This document shows positions 1 to 10,667 of a DNA stretch of 64,000 bases, piece after piece. The stretch covers positions 247,442,001-247,506,000 of the forward strand of contig OZ024742.1 of NCBI GenBank assembly GCA_964016885.1. Reading direction: 5' to 3'. Both the position numbers and the translations under genes were made by a program. The first letter of the stretch is position 1, and each line of letters begins with the position of its first letter. Under the pieces are notes generated by a model. It worked only from the letters and a program-made list of their open reading frames with translations. It searched no databases and had not been told where the DNA came from. This stretch comes from Eledone cirrhosa (lineage: Eukaryota).

Positions 1-188
1 TTTTAGAGGAGGGGAAGTCGATTACATCGACCCCAGTGCATGACTGGTACCTTATTTTATCGACCCCGTAAGGATGAAAGGCAAAGTGAACCTCGGCGGG
101 ATTTGAACTCAGAGCATAAAGGGCCGTAACTCTATACTGAAAAGCTTGGCGTCCGACCCTCTACTGCTACTGTCAATCCACCGCCTCG
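1..188 (-). mobile_element. tRNA-derived SINE, major family of this window (family S1)
   Basis: Reverse complement reads GGCGGTGGATTGACAGTAGCAGTAGAGGGTCGGACGCC...TGAGTTCAAATCCCGCCGAGG (A/B-box-like head) then TTTGCCTTTCATCCTTACGGGGTCGATAAAATAA..GTACCAGT. The same block recurs >15 times in the window. Confidence 0.85.
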
Positions 189-196
189 AATAATAA

Positions 197-502
197 TAAT
201 TGTTTCTACTTTTGGCACAAGGCCAGCAATTACTCAGTTCATTACTGGTACTTTACTTTATCGACCCCGTAAGGATGAAAGGCAAAGCTAACCTCGGCGG
301 GATTTGAACTCAGGTATATATATATAATGAGGAGCATGAGGAGATGTAGTATGACACAACTATCTGGCTAGTTAGGTGCTATTATTGAAAAATCCCGCCA
401 AGGTTAACTTTGCCTTTCATCCTTACGGGGTCGATAAAATAAAAAGTACCAGTAATGTACTGGGTAATTGCTGGCCTTGTGCCAATAGTAGAAACAATTA
501 TT
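197..502. mobile_element. two 5'-truncated S1 SINE copies in inverted orientation (197-313 minus, 388-502 plus)
   Basis: Both carry the CCTTTCATCCTTACGGGGTCGATAAA core and the AATTGCTGGCCTTGTGCCAA.AGTAGAAACAATTAT 3' end. Confidence 0.8.
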
Positions 503-1028
503 GAAATATATTCTTATTATTGTGTCTCTCTTTCTCATCTAACGTTAATATATTGAAGTTATTTATTTCTCCTTCATTGTTGTCAGTAATATAATCCAAC
601 AACAAGCATTATTATTATTGTTAGTTTTTATTAGCTTTTACTAATGATAAAGATGCAGCCGTTGTTAGTTTAGATTCTATAAAGTAGTTTATAATTAATT
701 CCGTTGAAATATCATCGGCCATATTGTACGAAAGCAAAAACAGTAAAACTTACTATCTAAAAAGAACGTTTAATGTTAAAATGTTCACATTTATTTAAGC
801 AAATTTTCTGCGGCTAGTGTATTGCTTATATGCCAAATAATGTTGTTAATTAGGCAGAAATTCTGGAGAATTCTTGCCAAAGGGATAAACTAAAAACATT
901 GAAGACATTATGTATGGTGGGAAAAAAAGAAAAAGAATAAAAAACGAAAAAATGATGAAAAATAATACTAAAAGAAAAAAAAATCTCTTTTTTCTCTTTC
1001 TCTTCCTTCTCAGTGTGTATTCGCGCGC

Positions 1029-1087
<59 letters not shown>

Positions 1088-1373
1088 AGTAGCAATACCG
1101 CTCACCACCACCATCCCCACTTCTACCACCACATGTATGTACCTTCCACTACTATCACCACCACAACATCCATCATCACCGTCGCCGCCACCACCACCAC
1201 CACCACTATCAACGCAACCACCACCACCACCACCACTACTATGCACGTACATAAGGTATCATCGTTTAGTTAATTGAAAATTTAAATTGCAATTAAAACT
1301 CTTTCTGCCGTCAACAATGTGTAATAGACTGTTTTACCATAAGACAAATTGATCTCTATTTTACTGCATTCAT

Positions 1374-1409
<36 letters not shown>

Positions 1410-1417
1410 ACACACAC

Positions 1418-1505
<88 letters not shown>

Positions 1506-1584
1506 TTATACATACATAAATACATACATACAAGTATAGTGTTAGTGCGTGTATATATATACGGCGTTCGTGTCTGTGTGTCTG

Positions 1585-1636
<52 letters not shown>

Positions 1637-2915
1637 TTTCTTTATTTGCCACAAGGGCGCAAAAAGATGGGGACAAATACATGCGTGTAAAAAAATGGAA
1701 TTAATAATTAACAATTGAAATCCCCATAAGGGGGGAGGCGTTACACCTGGGTTGTACACGCGCCGAAAAAATGTACAACCCGCATCTCCAGAAGTACGAA
1801 GAGTGAGCGTTCCTTTTCTCTCTTCCTGTTTTTCCTCAACCTACAGGTTTATATAGAGAGAAGGCTCAACTACTCGGGCCATCCTTGCCACATTCACCCA
1901 CCTTTCGTAAAATTTGCTGGGGTGCAGCACCTCTATCTCCACTCTGATTCTTCTTCTAAAATGATATTTGAAGAAGCGAACCAGTTGTTAGCCGGAGAGA
2001 AAGGTGTCTGACCTCAGCCCTTTCAGCCTCGTCCACCATATAGCCTCTTTCACCATAGTCATTACACAGAGGAAAACCGCCTCACCTTCGTTTTTGAAGA
2101 AGGTGGCGGTTTGATCGCAATAATGGACTCGGTGGTCAACCGGATTTGTCCCACGGCAGTAGTCGTTCTGCATAGGTCCACAGGTCGTTAACGCCCGGGA
2201 AGTGTACGAATGCGTGCGCGACGGTTTCCTCGTCCCGCGCGCATCTCGGATAGATCTTTTTCGAGGGATCCCTGCCCGGGAACCCGTGTCTGTAGAGCCT
2301 GACTCGAACGGGTAGAGCTCCTCGGTAGCACTGTCAGGCAAAGGACTTTTGGAAGTTGTCCATCGGTTCCGGGCGGAATGTCCTACCGAACAGACTGCCC
2401 AGTTCGTCCTCCTCTACGCCTAGAGTTTCTCCGAGAGTGTCGTCGCACTTGCTGCGGACTAACCCTTTATAGAATGACGAGGTGGAGTCTCCACTGATCG
2501 CCGGGTCCGTTTGCCAGAGGACTCTGAGCGCCTGAGCACATTCGATGTGCCAGTCGCCCATTTTCTTCGGTCTTTCCTTGACCCAGGACTGCAGCTCGGT
2601 CAGCGAGACGAGTCGCGGGAGGGCTCACCTCACGAACAGGGCCCACACCGGTTGTTCAGTGTGGAATACGTGGAGGTGCCGCAGCCTGAGTGAGTGTTTG
2701 TGCATCGTCAGCCACGGCATCCCCAGCCGTCCGTTTGAACGGTGTTGACAGCAGATGGATCTTCTCACCAAAGGAGGCCGCTTCTCCCAAAGGAATTGGA
2801 AGAGCACGCGCTCCATTTTGGTGAGCTTTTTACTCGGACAAGGCACGACGGTCAAGCAATAGTAGATGACGGACGCTATGAAAGCATTCGCCACCTCCGC
2901 TCGACCTTTCAAGGA
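1637..2915 (-). mobile_element. L1/Tx1-clade non-LTR retrotransposon, 3' part of ORF2 and 3'UTR, frameshifted
   Basis: LSLKGRAEVANAFIASVIYYCLTVVPCP..MERVLFQFLWEK..LVRRSICCQHRSNGRLGMP is the post-RT thumb region of L1/Tx1. Downstream are Cys/His remnants and VKEAIWWTR, and AATAAA lies next to (TA)n. Confidence 0.8.
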
Positions 2916-4872
2916 TACTACTTGTACATGTACTTGTGTCGACATTCACCCTGGACGGGTTGAGTCGGCTTCTTCCTTTGTCCTGACGGCATCCCGAACC
3001 ATGGCAGCCCACGCACGATGGTCTCGGGCTAATCACTGGAGATAGCGAGCCAGTCAAGGTTCCATCGGCGAATGCCGACCACCTACGGACCTGAGAGTTC
3101 GGAGAGCTCCTCCTTGATCGTCGTTGCCCAGGTCTTCAGCTGCCCACGAACGCGCTTGCGCCAGTTAGGGAGTGGAGGTGGGAGGAGAACATCGTGGATC
3201 AGCTCACACTCTGGGCGCCGGGCTGCGTAACCAAACCATCTCAAGCGCCATTGCAGCAGTACTGAAGGAAGTGGTCGAAGATTCAGGCGAAGACGAGGAC
3301 TGGTGGTAGGTACCCTATCAACGCGTGGGCAGCGAAGAATGCAGCGGAGACAGTCATTGTCGAAGACCTTCAGCCCCCGTTGATTGACTACCCCCATAGG
3401 CCATGTTTCAAAGCCCTCCAAGAGGATAGTGCGAACAACGGCCTGGTAGATTCGCCCTTTGGTCGCCGAAGTGATCTCTCTTCTGTCCCACAGACACCGC
3501 TGGAGGCGCCCTAATGTGGATCTGGCAGCACCTAGGCGACGATTGAGCTCGGCTGCGCCCTGTCCCGTTGGCAGCACTGTTGTGCCCAGGTAAACGAAGA
3601 ACTCCACATCCTCCAGGTCTACGCCCTCGAGAGATATTGGCTGCATCAGGCGAGACCAGTGACGTCATGACTTTCGACTTGGCGGCATTGATTCGTAGAC
3701 CAACAGCGGCGCCTGCAGTGTGCACCCTTTCGAGAGCACCTTGTACATCTGTCCGGTTAGCGCCCATCATCACGATGTCATCCTCGTAAGGCCAGGTCCG
3801 TCCCACGACCCCTCTCCCGACCTATACGTCCAGGTAATCCCGGAGCGCTGTGTTGAGAGTGTAGTCAATGGCGTAGTTAAAGAGAGTTGGCGATAGGGCA
3901 CCGGTCCCAACATCGAACGACTTCGTCTCCCCACCATAGACCATCACTCGAGCCCGTGTCGACCGTTAGTAGCCTTCTATATGACGAAGCAGCTTCACTG
4001 GGATGCCGTCCGCCTGCATTATACGCCAGGAGGCATCCCGATCTACCGAGTCGAAGGCAGCTGCAAAGTCGATGAAGCAGAGGACGGTAGGCTGTTGATA
4101 TGCCCACCGTTGTTCCAGGACACGCCGGAGTTTGAAGATTTGATCAACGCACCCCTTCCCCGGACAGAAGCCGCCCTGATAAGGACGGGTACGGACATCA
4201 CGGATGTTCTGGAACCTCTTCAGCAGAATAATTGCGAAGGTTTTGGCAGCAACGTCAATTAGTTGGAACACAGTTTCTCATCGCCTTTTTTGAAGAAGGG
4301 TAGGAGAGTTGCCTCGCACCAGTCACCAGGGAACCGCTCCGTTGCCCACACCGAGGAGAAGACTCGATGGAGCCAAGCTGCGAAGACATCAGGCTCGGCC
4401 TTGTAGACCTCAGCTGGAACGCCATCTTCGCACGGCGTCTTATTATTCCGGAGATGTGTCAGGACACTACGTACCTCCTCGATCGTTGGAGGGGCAGTGC
4501 TGCACCCGTATTCTTTTCCGGAAGGCTGCACGTAGGTTGGCATGGGTGGTGGCGGGTGGTTGTGCATCTCAGAGAAATGGTCCCGCCATCAGACTAGCCG
4601 GTTATTAAGATTGGTAATGACCGCCTCGTTCCGATTACGGATCGTCTCGCTGATACCGGTACTGCTTCGGCTGCCGGCTTCACCAGCTGGTAGAGCTTGC
4701 GCGAGTCACCACAGGTTTCTGCCCTCTCCGTCTGCTCCACAAATTCGCGCCAGTGTGCATTCCGATCGGCCCGATTAGCCTGAGATGTGCGACGTCGGAG
4801 ATCTCGAAGATTGGGTGCACCCTCGAGTCGGGCCACCCTCGCCCTCTCCACGAGTTCAAGAATGCCGGTCAT
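2916..4872 (-). mobile_element. RTE-clade LINE, 5'-truncated and decayed (reverse transcriptase pseudogene)
   Basis: Motifs PPTIEEV..LRNNKTPCEDGVPAE, LLPFFKKGD..CSN, QGGFCPGKGCVDQIF.LRRVLEQ, FIDFAAAFDSVDR, YEDDI (YADD variant), GLRINAAKSKVM, FVYLG, RLRWFGYAARR, GQLKTW. The 3' tail CAAGTACATGTACAAGTA is a short-repeat tail typical of RTE. Confidence 0.93.
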
Positions 4873-5173
4873 TGGTTGATAGAAAAGGGAATTGTTAAGT
4901 TTCTCTTAAGCTAACAATGCCTATATTTCAGGTGTCTATAAGATCGTTGGGGGTCAGTCATGGTTGATAGATTTAAAGAAAAGGGAAATTCTTTAAAAGC
5001 TAATTCTTTAAGGTTCTACTTAGTGACAAAGGCCTTGACAATTCTATAGACCAGTTCAAAATATTGAGTGCATATCATACCATTATCTTCAAATTTCTCT
5101 TAAACTATATTCCAAAAGTCAACAGACACATTCACAAACACACACATTCACACACACACTCGCGCGTACCCAC

Positions 5174-5207
<34 letters not shown>

Positions 5208-5243
5208 GTACACACACATATATATATACATATACACACACAT

Positions 5244-5284
<41 letters not shown>

Positions 5285-6030
5285 CACGAATACATATATA
5301 TACATATACACACATATACATATATATACATACATATATATATATATATAGATACACACATATACATACATATATACATATATATACATGTTTACACATA
5401 TATATATATATACACACATATATATATATATACTTATATATACACACATATACACACACATATATATATACACATATACACATATATATACACACATATA
5501 CATATATATACACACACATATATATAAATATATATATACATATATACACACATATAGACACACACATATATACATATATATACATACACACATATACACA
5601 TACACACATATATATATATATATGGTGGCTGCCAACTCGTTTTCGAGTACGACCACTACTTCATATCCATGTAGGAGAACCCTTACCGATGCGCTGAACG
5701 AGTGTGACTTTTTAGTCCAGCCAGCGACTTGAAAACTCTGGTACAAACACTACACTTGTGACAATTATTGACACATAGTGCTGGGCCCATGGTACCATGT
5801 GACGACAAGTGCAGAGAGATCTCCAGATATAAAGCAATGCCTGTGCCGTGAAGCTTTTATAGTGAGCAAAGGCACTGCACAAAGCCAGTCCCACTCTCTT
5901 AACCAAGATGATATTTACCAAAAAGAAAAATAAGTCAACATCATTGGATACCATCAGGGTTGCAGGTGTTATATCAGAGTTTTCCTTCTCCTAGAATTCT
6001 GCCTTGACAAAGGCTAAGGTTCATCTTTCC

Positions 6031-6084
<54 letters not shown>

Positions 6085-6108
6085 TACACATACATACATA
6101 CACACATA

Positions 6109-6506
6109 CCTTTGTCACTAAGTAGAACCTTAAAGAATTAGCTTTTAAAGAATTTCCCTTTTTTTTAATCCATCAACCATGAGTAACCCCCAAAGATCTT
6201 ATAGACACCTGAAATATAGCCATTGTTAGCTTAAGAGAAACTTAAAAATAAGGAGTGGCACCCCATTCTGAACATGTTTATAGAATTCTGTATGCCTTTG
6301 TTACTCTAAATATAAATTATAGCTTTAAAGAATTTTTAATGAATTTCATTTTCTATCAACCAATGACCTCTACTCATCCCACTCCCTACCCTCTCCTACC
6401 ACCTGAAGAGACCTATAAATACCATATTTATTTTTTGATACCCAGATTCCTGATGATTTCTAAAGAATGAAACAGTTCTAGTCCTGTAGAATCTCATCTA
6501 TATTAA

Positions 6507-6510
<4 letters not shown>
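6109..6510 (+). mobile_element. Penelope-like pseudo-LTR fragment with hammerhead; inverted partner at 4868-5032
   Basis: 6109-6245 is the reverse complement of ~4895-5032, and 6349-6367 of ~4868-4886. It ends in a hammerhead fold followed by (TA)n. Confidence 0.6.
6444..6494 (+). ncRNA. type I hammerhead ribozyme fold
   Basis: AGATTC-CTGATGA-tTTCTaaAGAAt-GAAA-CAG-ttctagtc-CTG-TA-GAATCT: 6-bp stem I, intact core, stem III and a GUA cleavage triplet. The base of stem II has a T.T mismatch. Confidence 0.75.
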
Positions 6511-6544
<34 letters not shown>

Positions 6545-6616
6545 CGTTTCTGAATTTGTTTAGCAAGATATATGTGTGTGTATATATATATATTTGTTTA
6601 GCAATATATGTGTGTG

Positions 6617-6683
<67 letters not shown>

Positions 6684-7050
6684 ATATACACATAGACGTA
6701 CTAAAATTATAAAGGAAAGTGAATGGTGACGAACTGGTAAAAAAGAGAAAAACAATAACAAATGCAACAGCTATATATAGAATAGAATCAGAAAGAAAAC
6801 ATCAGAAAAGTAAGGAAAGACAGGTAGATGGGTAGAGGAGTAGAAATATAGATAAAGAGAGAGAGGGGAGAGGAGATTAACACAGGGAGAGAGAGAGAGG
6901 GAGAGAGAGGGAGAGAGAGAGAGAGAGAGAGAGTAAGGGATACAGTGAAACAGAGAGAGAAAGAGTAGTACAGATAGAGAGAAAGAGAGAGAGATAAAGA
7001 AGGAAAGTGAAAGTAGATTGACTAGAAAATACATTCTTAAATGTGAAAAG

Positions 7051-7974
7051 GAAATCAAAGAACGCTTTATTTTTTTTTAGAGAAGGCTAAGAAAACTGAT
7101 ATTAATTTATTATTTTTGTTGTTTTCTCATGAAAGTTATATTTTAATGCGGTTCATTACTTTGGTATTTGCTTCAGTAAAATGTTATATTATTTACGATA
7201 ATATTACTACGTCATTATTATTGGATTGGCAGTATTGGTAGAGGGTCGGACGCCATGCTTTGCAGCACAGTTACGTCCCTTTACGGATTGAGTTCAAATC
7301 CCGCCGAGGTTAACTTTGCCTTTCATCCTTACGGGGTCGATAAAATAAAGTACCAGTAAAACACTGGGATAATTGCTGGCCTTGTGCCAAAAGTAGAAAC
7401 AAGTGGGTTGGTGAGTTGGAAGAAATGCTTTGCAGCATTTATTCTGGTTCTCTACGGACTGTGTTCAAAACACGACGAGGCCAACTTTGTGTCTAATCCG
7501 GAGTCGATGAAATAAAGTACAGACCAAATACTTTCCCTTAATCGAGGTTCTCTTCATAAAGTAATTTCTGACATTTTGCTTCAATTAGGAACGATTATCA
7601 TGTAGAATCTACAATATTTAACGAAGAACTGGCAATAGAAAATAAATAGAGTAAAAGAAGAGTTAGTCAATAACATCCCATGAAATATGGCTGACTCCAT
7701 GAAGGACACATCTGTGGAAAGGACACTTACCGATGATCAAGCGGTCCATTTCACTCAACATCCATTGCATATAGGACTGGGAATGCTGTGGCTGACAATC
7801 GCAGTTATGTTCTGATGCTGCAACATATGTGATTTAAATAGTTGTGGTCACCGTTCGCCAGACATGTGATTCCTGATGTCTCATTCGCCAGACGTCTCAT
7901 TCCCGGAGAGAGAGCAATTGGCAAGTGGAATGTTCTCAAACGCTCACTGCCAAAAGTTTAAAATCAACTTTCGT
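7051..7974 (+). repeat. left arm of long inverted duplication (partner 19803-21063)
   Basis: Example: CATGTAGAATCTACAATATTTAACGAAG (~7600) versus CTTCGTTAAATATTGTAGATTCTACATG (~20510). Collinear over the whole arm and includes an S1 SINE at 7222-7402. Confidence 0.92.
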
Positions 7975-9405
7975 GCTTTAGAGTGACAGGAAAATTCGAC
8001 GACATTCTTGGAGAAATCTTATGCGTGTAAGATGATCAACTACTTGCTTTCTTCTGGGGAACTTTCTGCCCCTTGGCCTATCAACAATTTCCTGTCTTAC
8101 GGGTGGGTATTACCGATTCAGGACAATATCTACAGTCATGGAAGTGCCGTCAGTTCAAGGCGACAAAACCGTCCTGCACGCAGTTGTTCAAGTATTTGCT
8201 ACATGTGGAACTATGTCGAACAGCTACTATCGTGTGTGGGAGGAATCCTGCTATCGGTCAACTCTATCGCAAATGTAGATCAATCAACTTCCTTTAGTCG
8301 TGAAGAGTAGGCAGTTTTCATCTGTCTGGTAGCCATGACGAAATATATTGTGATGGACGAGATTGAAAACGTTGACGGCAGATCACTCCCGCTTGGTAGA
8401 CACCCTTACTATTTTTCTCAAATTTTACTTGAATAGTAAAATTTGGGTAGAGAAGGAAGCGTTGCTTTCCAACCATTTTGATGAAAGGTAGAACATTGTT
8501 ATCTCGGTATACGGCAGTACATTGGGGGCGGGGGACACTTACTCTAGCCGTTTGAGTGGCCGTCGCTCTTTTATGAGCTTTCTGCACGAGTGACCCTCAG
8601 AAGTCTCCCCTCTAATGAGGAAATTTTTTATGTTTTATTTTTATATGTTGTTTTTAATATAATTTTATGCGGAAAAAATCCTCACAATCGTTCTGTATCA
8701 TCTCTTGCTACATTAATGTTTTCATTAGAAAGCCTTTTGGCGAAATAAAACACTAATTAATATTCGTACCATATTCGCGGTCTGTCTTTGTATCAGGGTA
8801 CTTTACTGAGCCGTATGTTGTTTAAGTAGCTCATATCTGAGGAAAATATCAATCTAGCGGAGAGTTTGACTAGAGGTGGCATCCGAATTAAGGGCTTGCC
8901 AATGAGGGTAAAGCAGGAACTGTTTGTTTGTCAACTTGCATATGCTCTCATCAAAAAGTTCTTTATTTCTAGCAAGAGGAGTAACAAAACTTTAAAGGCC
9001 ATAAGAATAAATCAAATTCTGGTAAATAGCTTAACGAGTCGTTTGTTAGCATTTTAAGAGTTTAATGCGCAGCCTTACATTTGCCTTTTTATTGTACTAG
9101 TCTCCTAAACATCTCGCCTTGGCTTCTATTATTTTCTTCTTGTGTTGTATTTCTCTCATTCCTTCTGACCCTTTATCTCGAGCTTCTTCAGGTCTCGTCT
9201 TAAATCACATAGGCCCAGAATGTCATTTGTTTCACGAAAATAGTTCCAGCTGGATCAGGACGAGGAAGAAAACGTAAATTGGTATATAAGATACACACAG
9301 ATACACACACATACAGACACACAAGAAGGCACACACACACACACATGCACACGCACGCACGAAGATACGCTCACACACATACACATATATATAATATAAT
9401 ATATA

Positions 9406-9461
<56 letters not shown>

Positions 9462-9467
<6 letters not shown>

Positions 9468-9625
9468 ATACAATAAAAACACACGCACCTGTTGGTTTTA
9501 ACTTCGATTTATTATAAGTTGGTTGGTTTGTTCGATAACTGGAAAGTTGTTTATATTGTCAAAGCTCTTTCGTCACGCATTCTGTGATCTCCTCAGTGAC
9601 TAGGAGATCACCATCTTGTTTGTGT
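9462..9625 (-). mobile_element. solo pLTR of the Penelope-like element at 45757-47447
   Basis: Reverse complement ACAAACAAGATGGTG...CTGAGGAGATCACAGAATGCGTGACGAAAGAGCTTTGACAATATAAACAAC...GGTGCGTGTGTTTTTATTG aligns with 44270-44480 and 47200-47447. Flanked by (TA)n and (TG)n. Confidence 0.8.
9558..9600 (-). ncRNA. minimal type I hammerhead ribozyme fold
   Basis: Minus strand GTCA-CTGAGGA-GaTCAC-agaatgc-GTGAC-GAAA-GAGC-TT-TGAC: 4-bp stem I, CUGANGA and GAAA intact, very short stem III as in PLE mini-hammerheads. Confidence 0.65.
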
Positions 9626-9647
9626 GTGTGTGTGTGTGTGTGTATGT

Positions 9648-9718
<71 letters not shown>

Positions 9719-10003
9719 CGCGTGTGTGTGTATGTGCGTGTGTGTGCGTGTGTTTGTGTGAACGGTGTTTTGAGAAAGTAAAACCAAATATCAACCCTAG
9801 AATGAATCGATACAACAGGAATAATTTTTATTTCTTTTTCATATTTTTCTGTTTATTCTGTTGAAATGTTCATAAGCAGTGTGTATTGTCATCATTAAGT
9901 AAGAACGAGGTGTCAGGGTATCATCATTAAGTTTATTCATGAGAAATTAGTTTTTTTTTTAAAGCTGTACGCGGATATCTGCCATCATTAACGAACGAGG
10001 GGC

Positions 10004-10082
10004 CTGATGAGCTACTGATTCCAGAGTCAGACCCGATCGATTCCGATCGAACATTGAGCTGATCAATAGCGAAACGCACGTC
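10004..10082 (+). ncRNA. hammerhead catalytic core with long stem II; stem I unpaired (probable relic)
   Basis: CTGATGA-GCTAcTGATt...gATCAaTAGC-GAAA-CGCACG-TC. Flanked by an inverted repeat 9896-9930 / 10097-10131. Confidence 0.5.
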
Positions 10083-10132
10083 ACAATAGAATACATTTAA
10101 TGGTGATACGCTGACAACTCGTTTCTACTTAT

Positions 10133-10318
10133 TATTGGCAGTATCGGTAGAAGATCGGGCGCCATGCTTTGCGGCATAGAGTTACGGCTCTTTACGGTCT
10201 GCGTTCAAATCCCGCCGAGGTTAACTTAGCCTTTCATCCTTACGGGGTCGATAAAATAAAGTACCAGTAATACACTGAGATAATTGATGGCCTTGTACCA
10301 AAAGGCGAAACAATTATT
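10133..10318 (+). mobile_element. S1 SINE
   Basis: TTGGCAGTATCGGTAGAAG..GTTCAAATCCCGCCGAGG..CCTTACGGGGTCGATAAAATAAAGTACCAGT. Confidence 0.85.
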
Positions 10319-10667
10319 TATATATATATATATGTGTGTGTGTGTGTGCGTGCATGCGTGTATGCCTATATATGATATTTACATCACACATATATTCATA
10401 CTTTCTATTTATCAATACCTTTGATGTTGTCATCATCATGATCGTCATCAGCATAAGCATCATAATCATCTCCGATCATGGCTATATTAGCTTCGATTTA
10501 AATGTAAGTGAAAGGTCAGCCAATTAGAGAAGCCTAGCTGTGTGACGTCATCCATTACATTGCACTAAATGACCGCTAAAACACTTCATTACACCAGCTA
10601 AAGTCTTAGTGTTAAAACATTTGCCTTAATATTAGTTCAAACAATTTTTTGTTCTTGTTATTTTCTC

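Noticed and set aside
5064-5746. [12 protein letters not shown] ORFs here and throughout the track
   Set aside because: Translations of (TA)n and (CA)n microsatellites.
8008-8587. Possible transposase remnants (SWIM-like KCRQFKATKPSCTQL; Tc1-like VLPFIK)
   Set aside because: The motifs are too weak and on opposite strands; an HMM search is needed.
8565-8605. Minus-strand CTGAGGG..GAAAGCTC hammerhead-like string
   Set aside because: Core mismatch and no stem I pairing.
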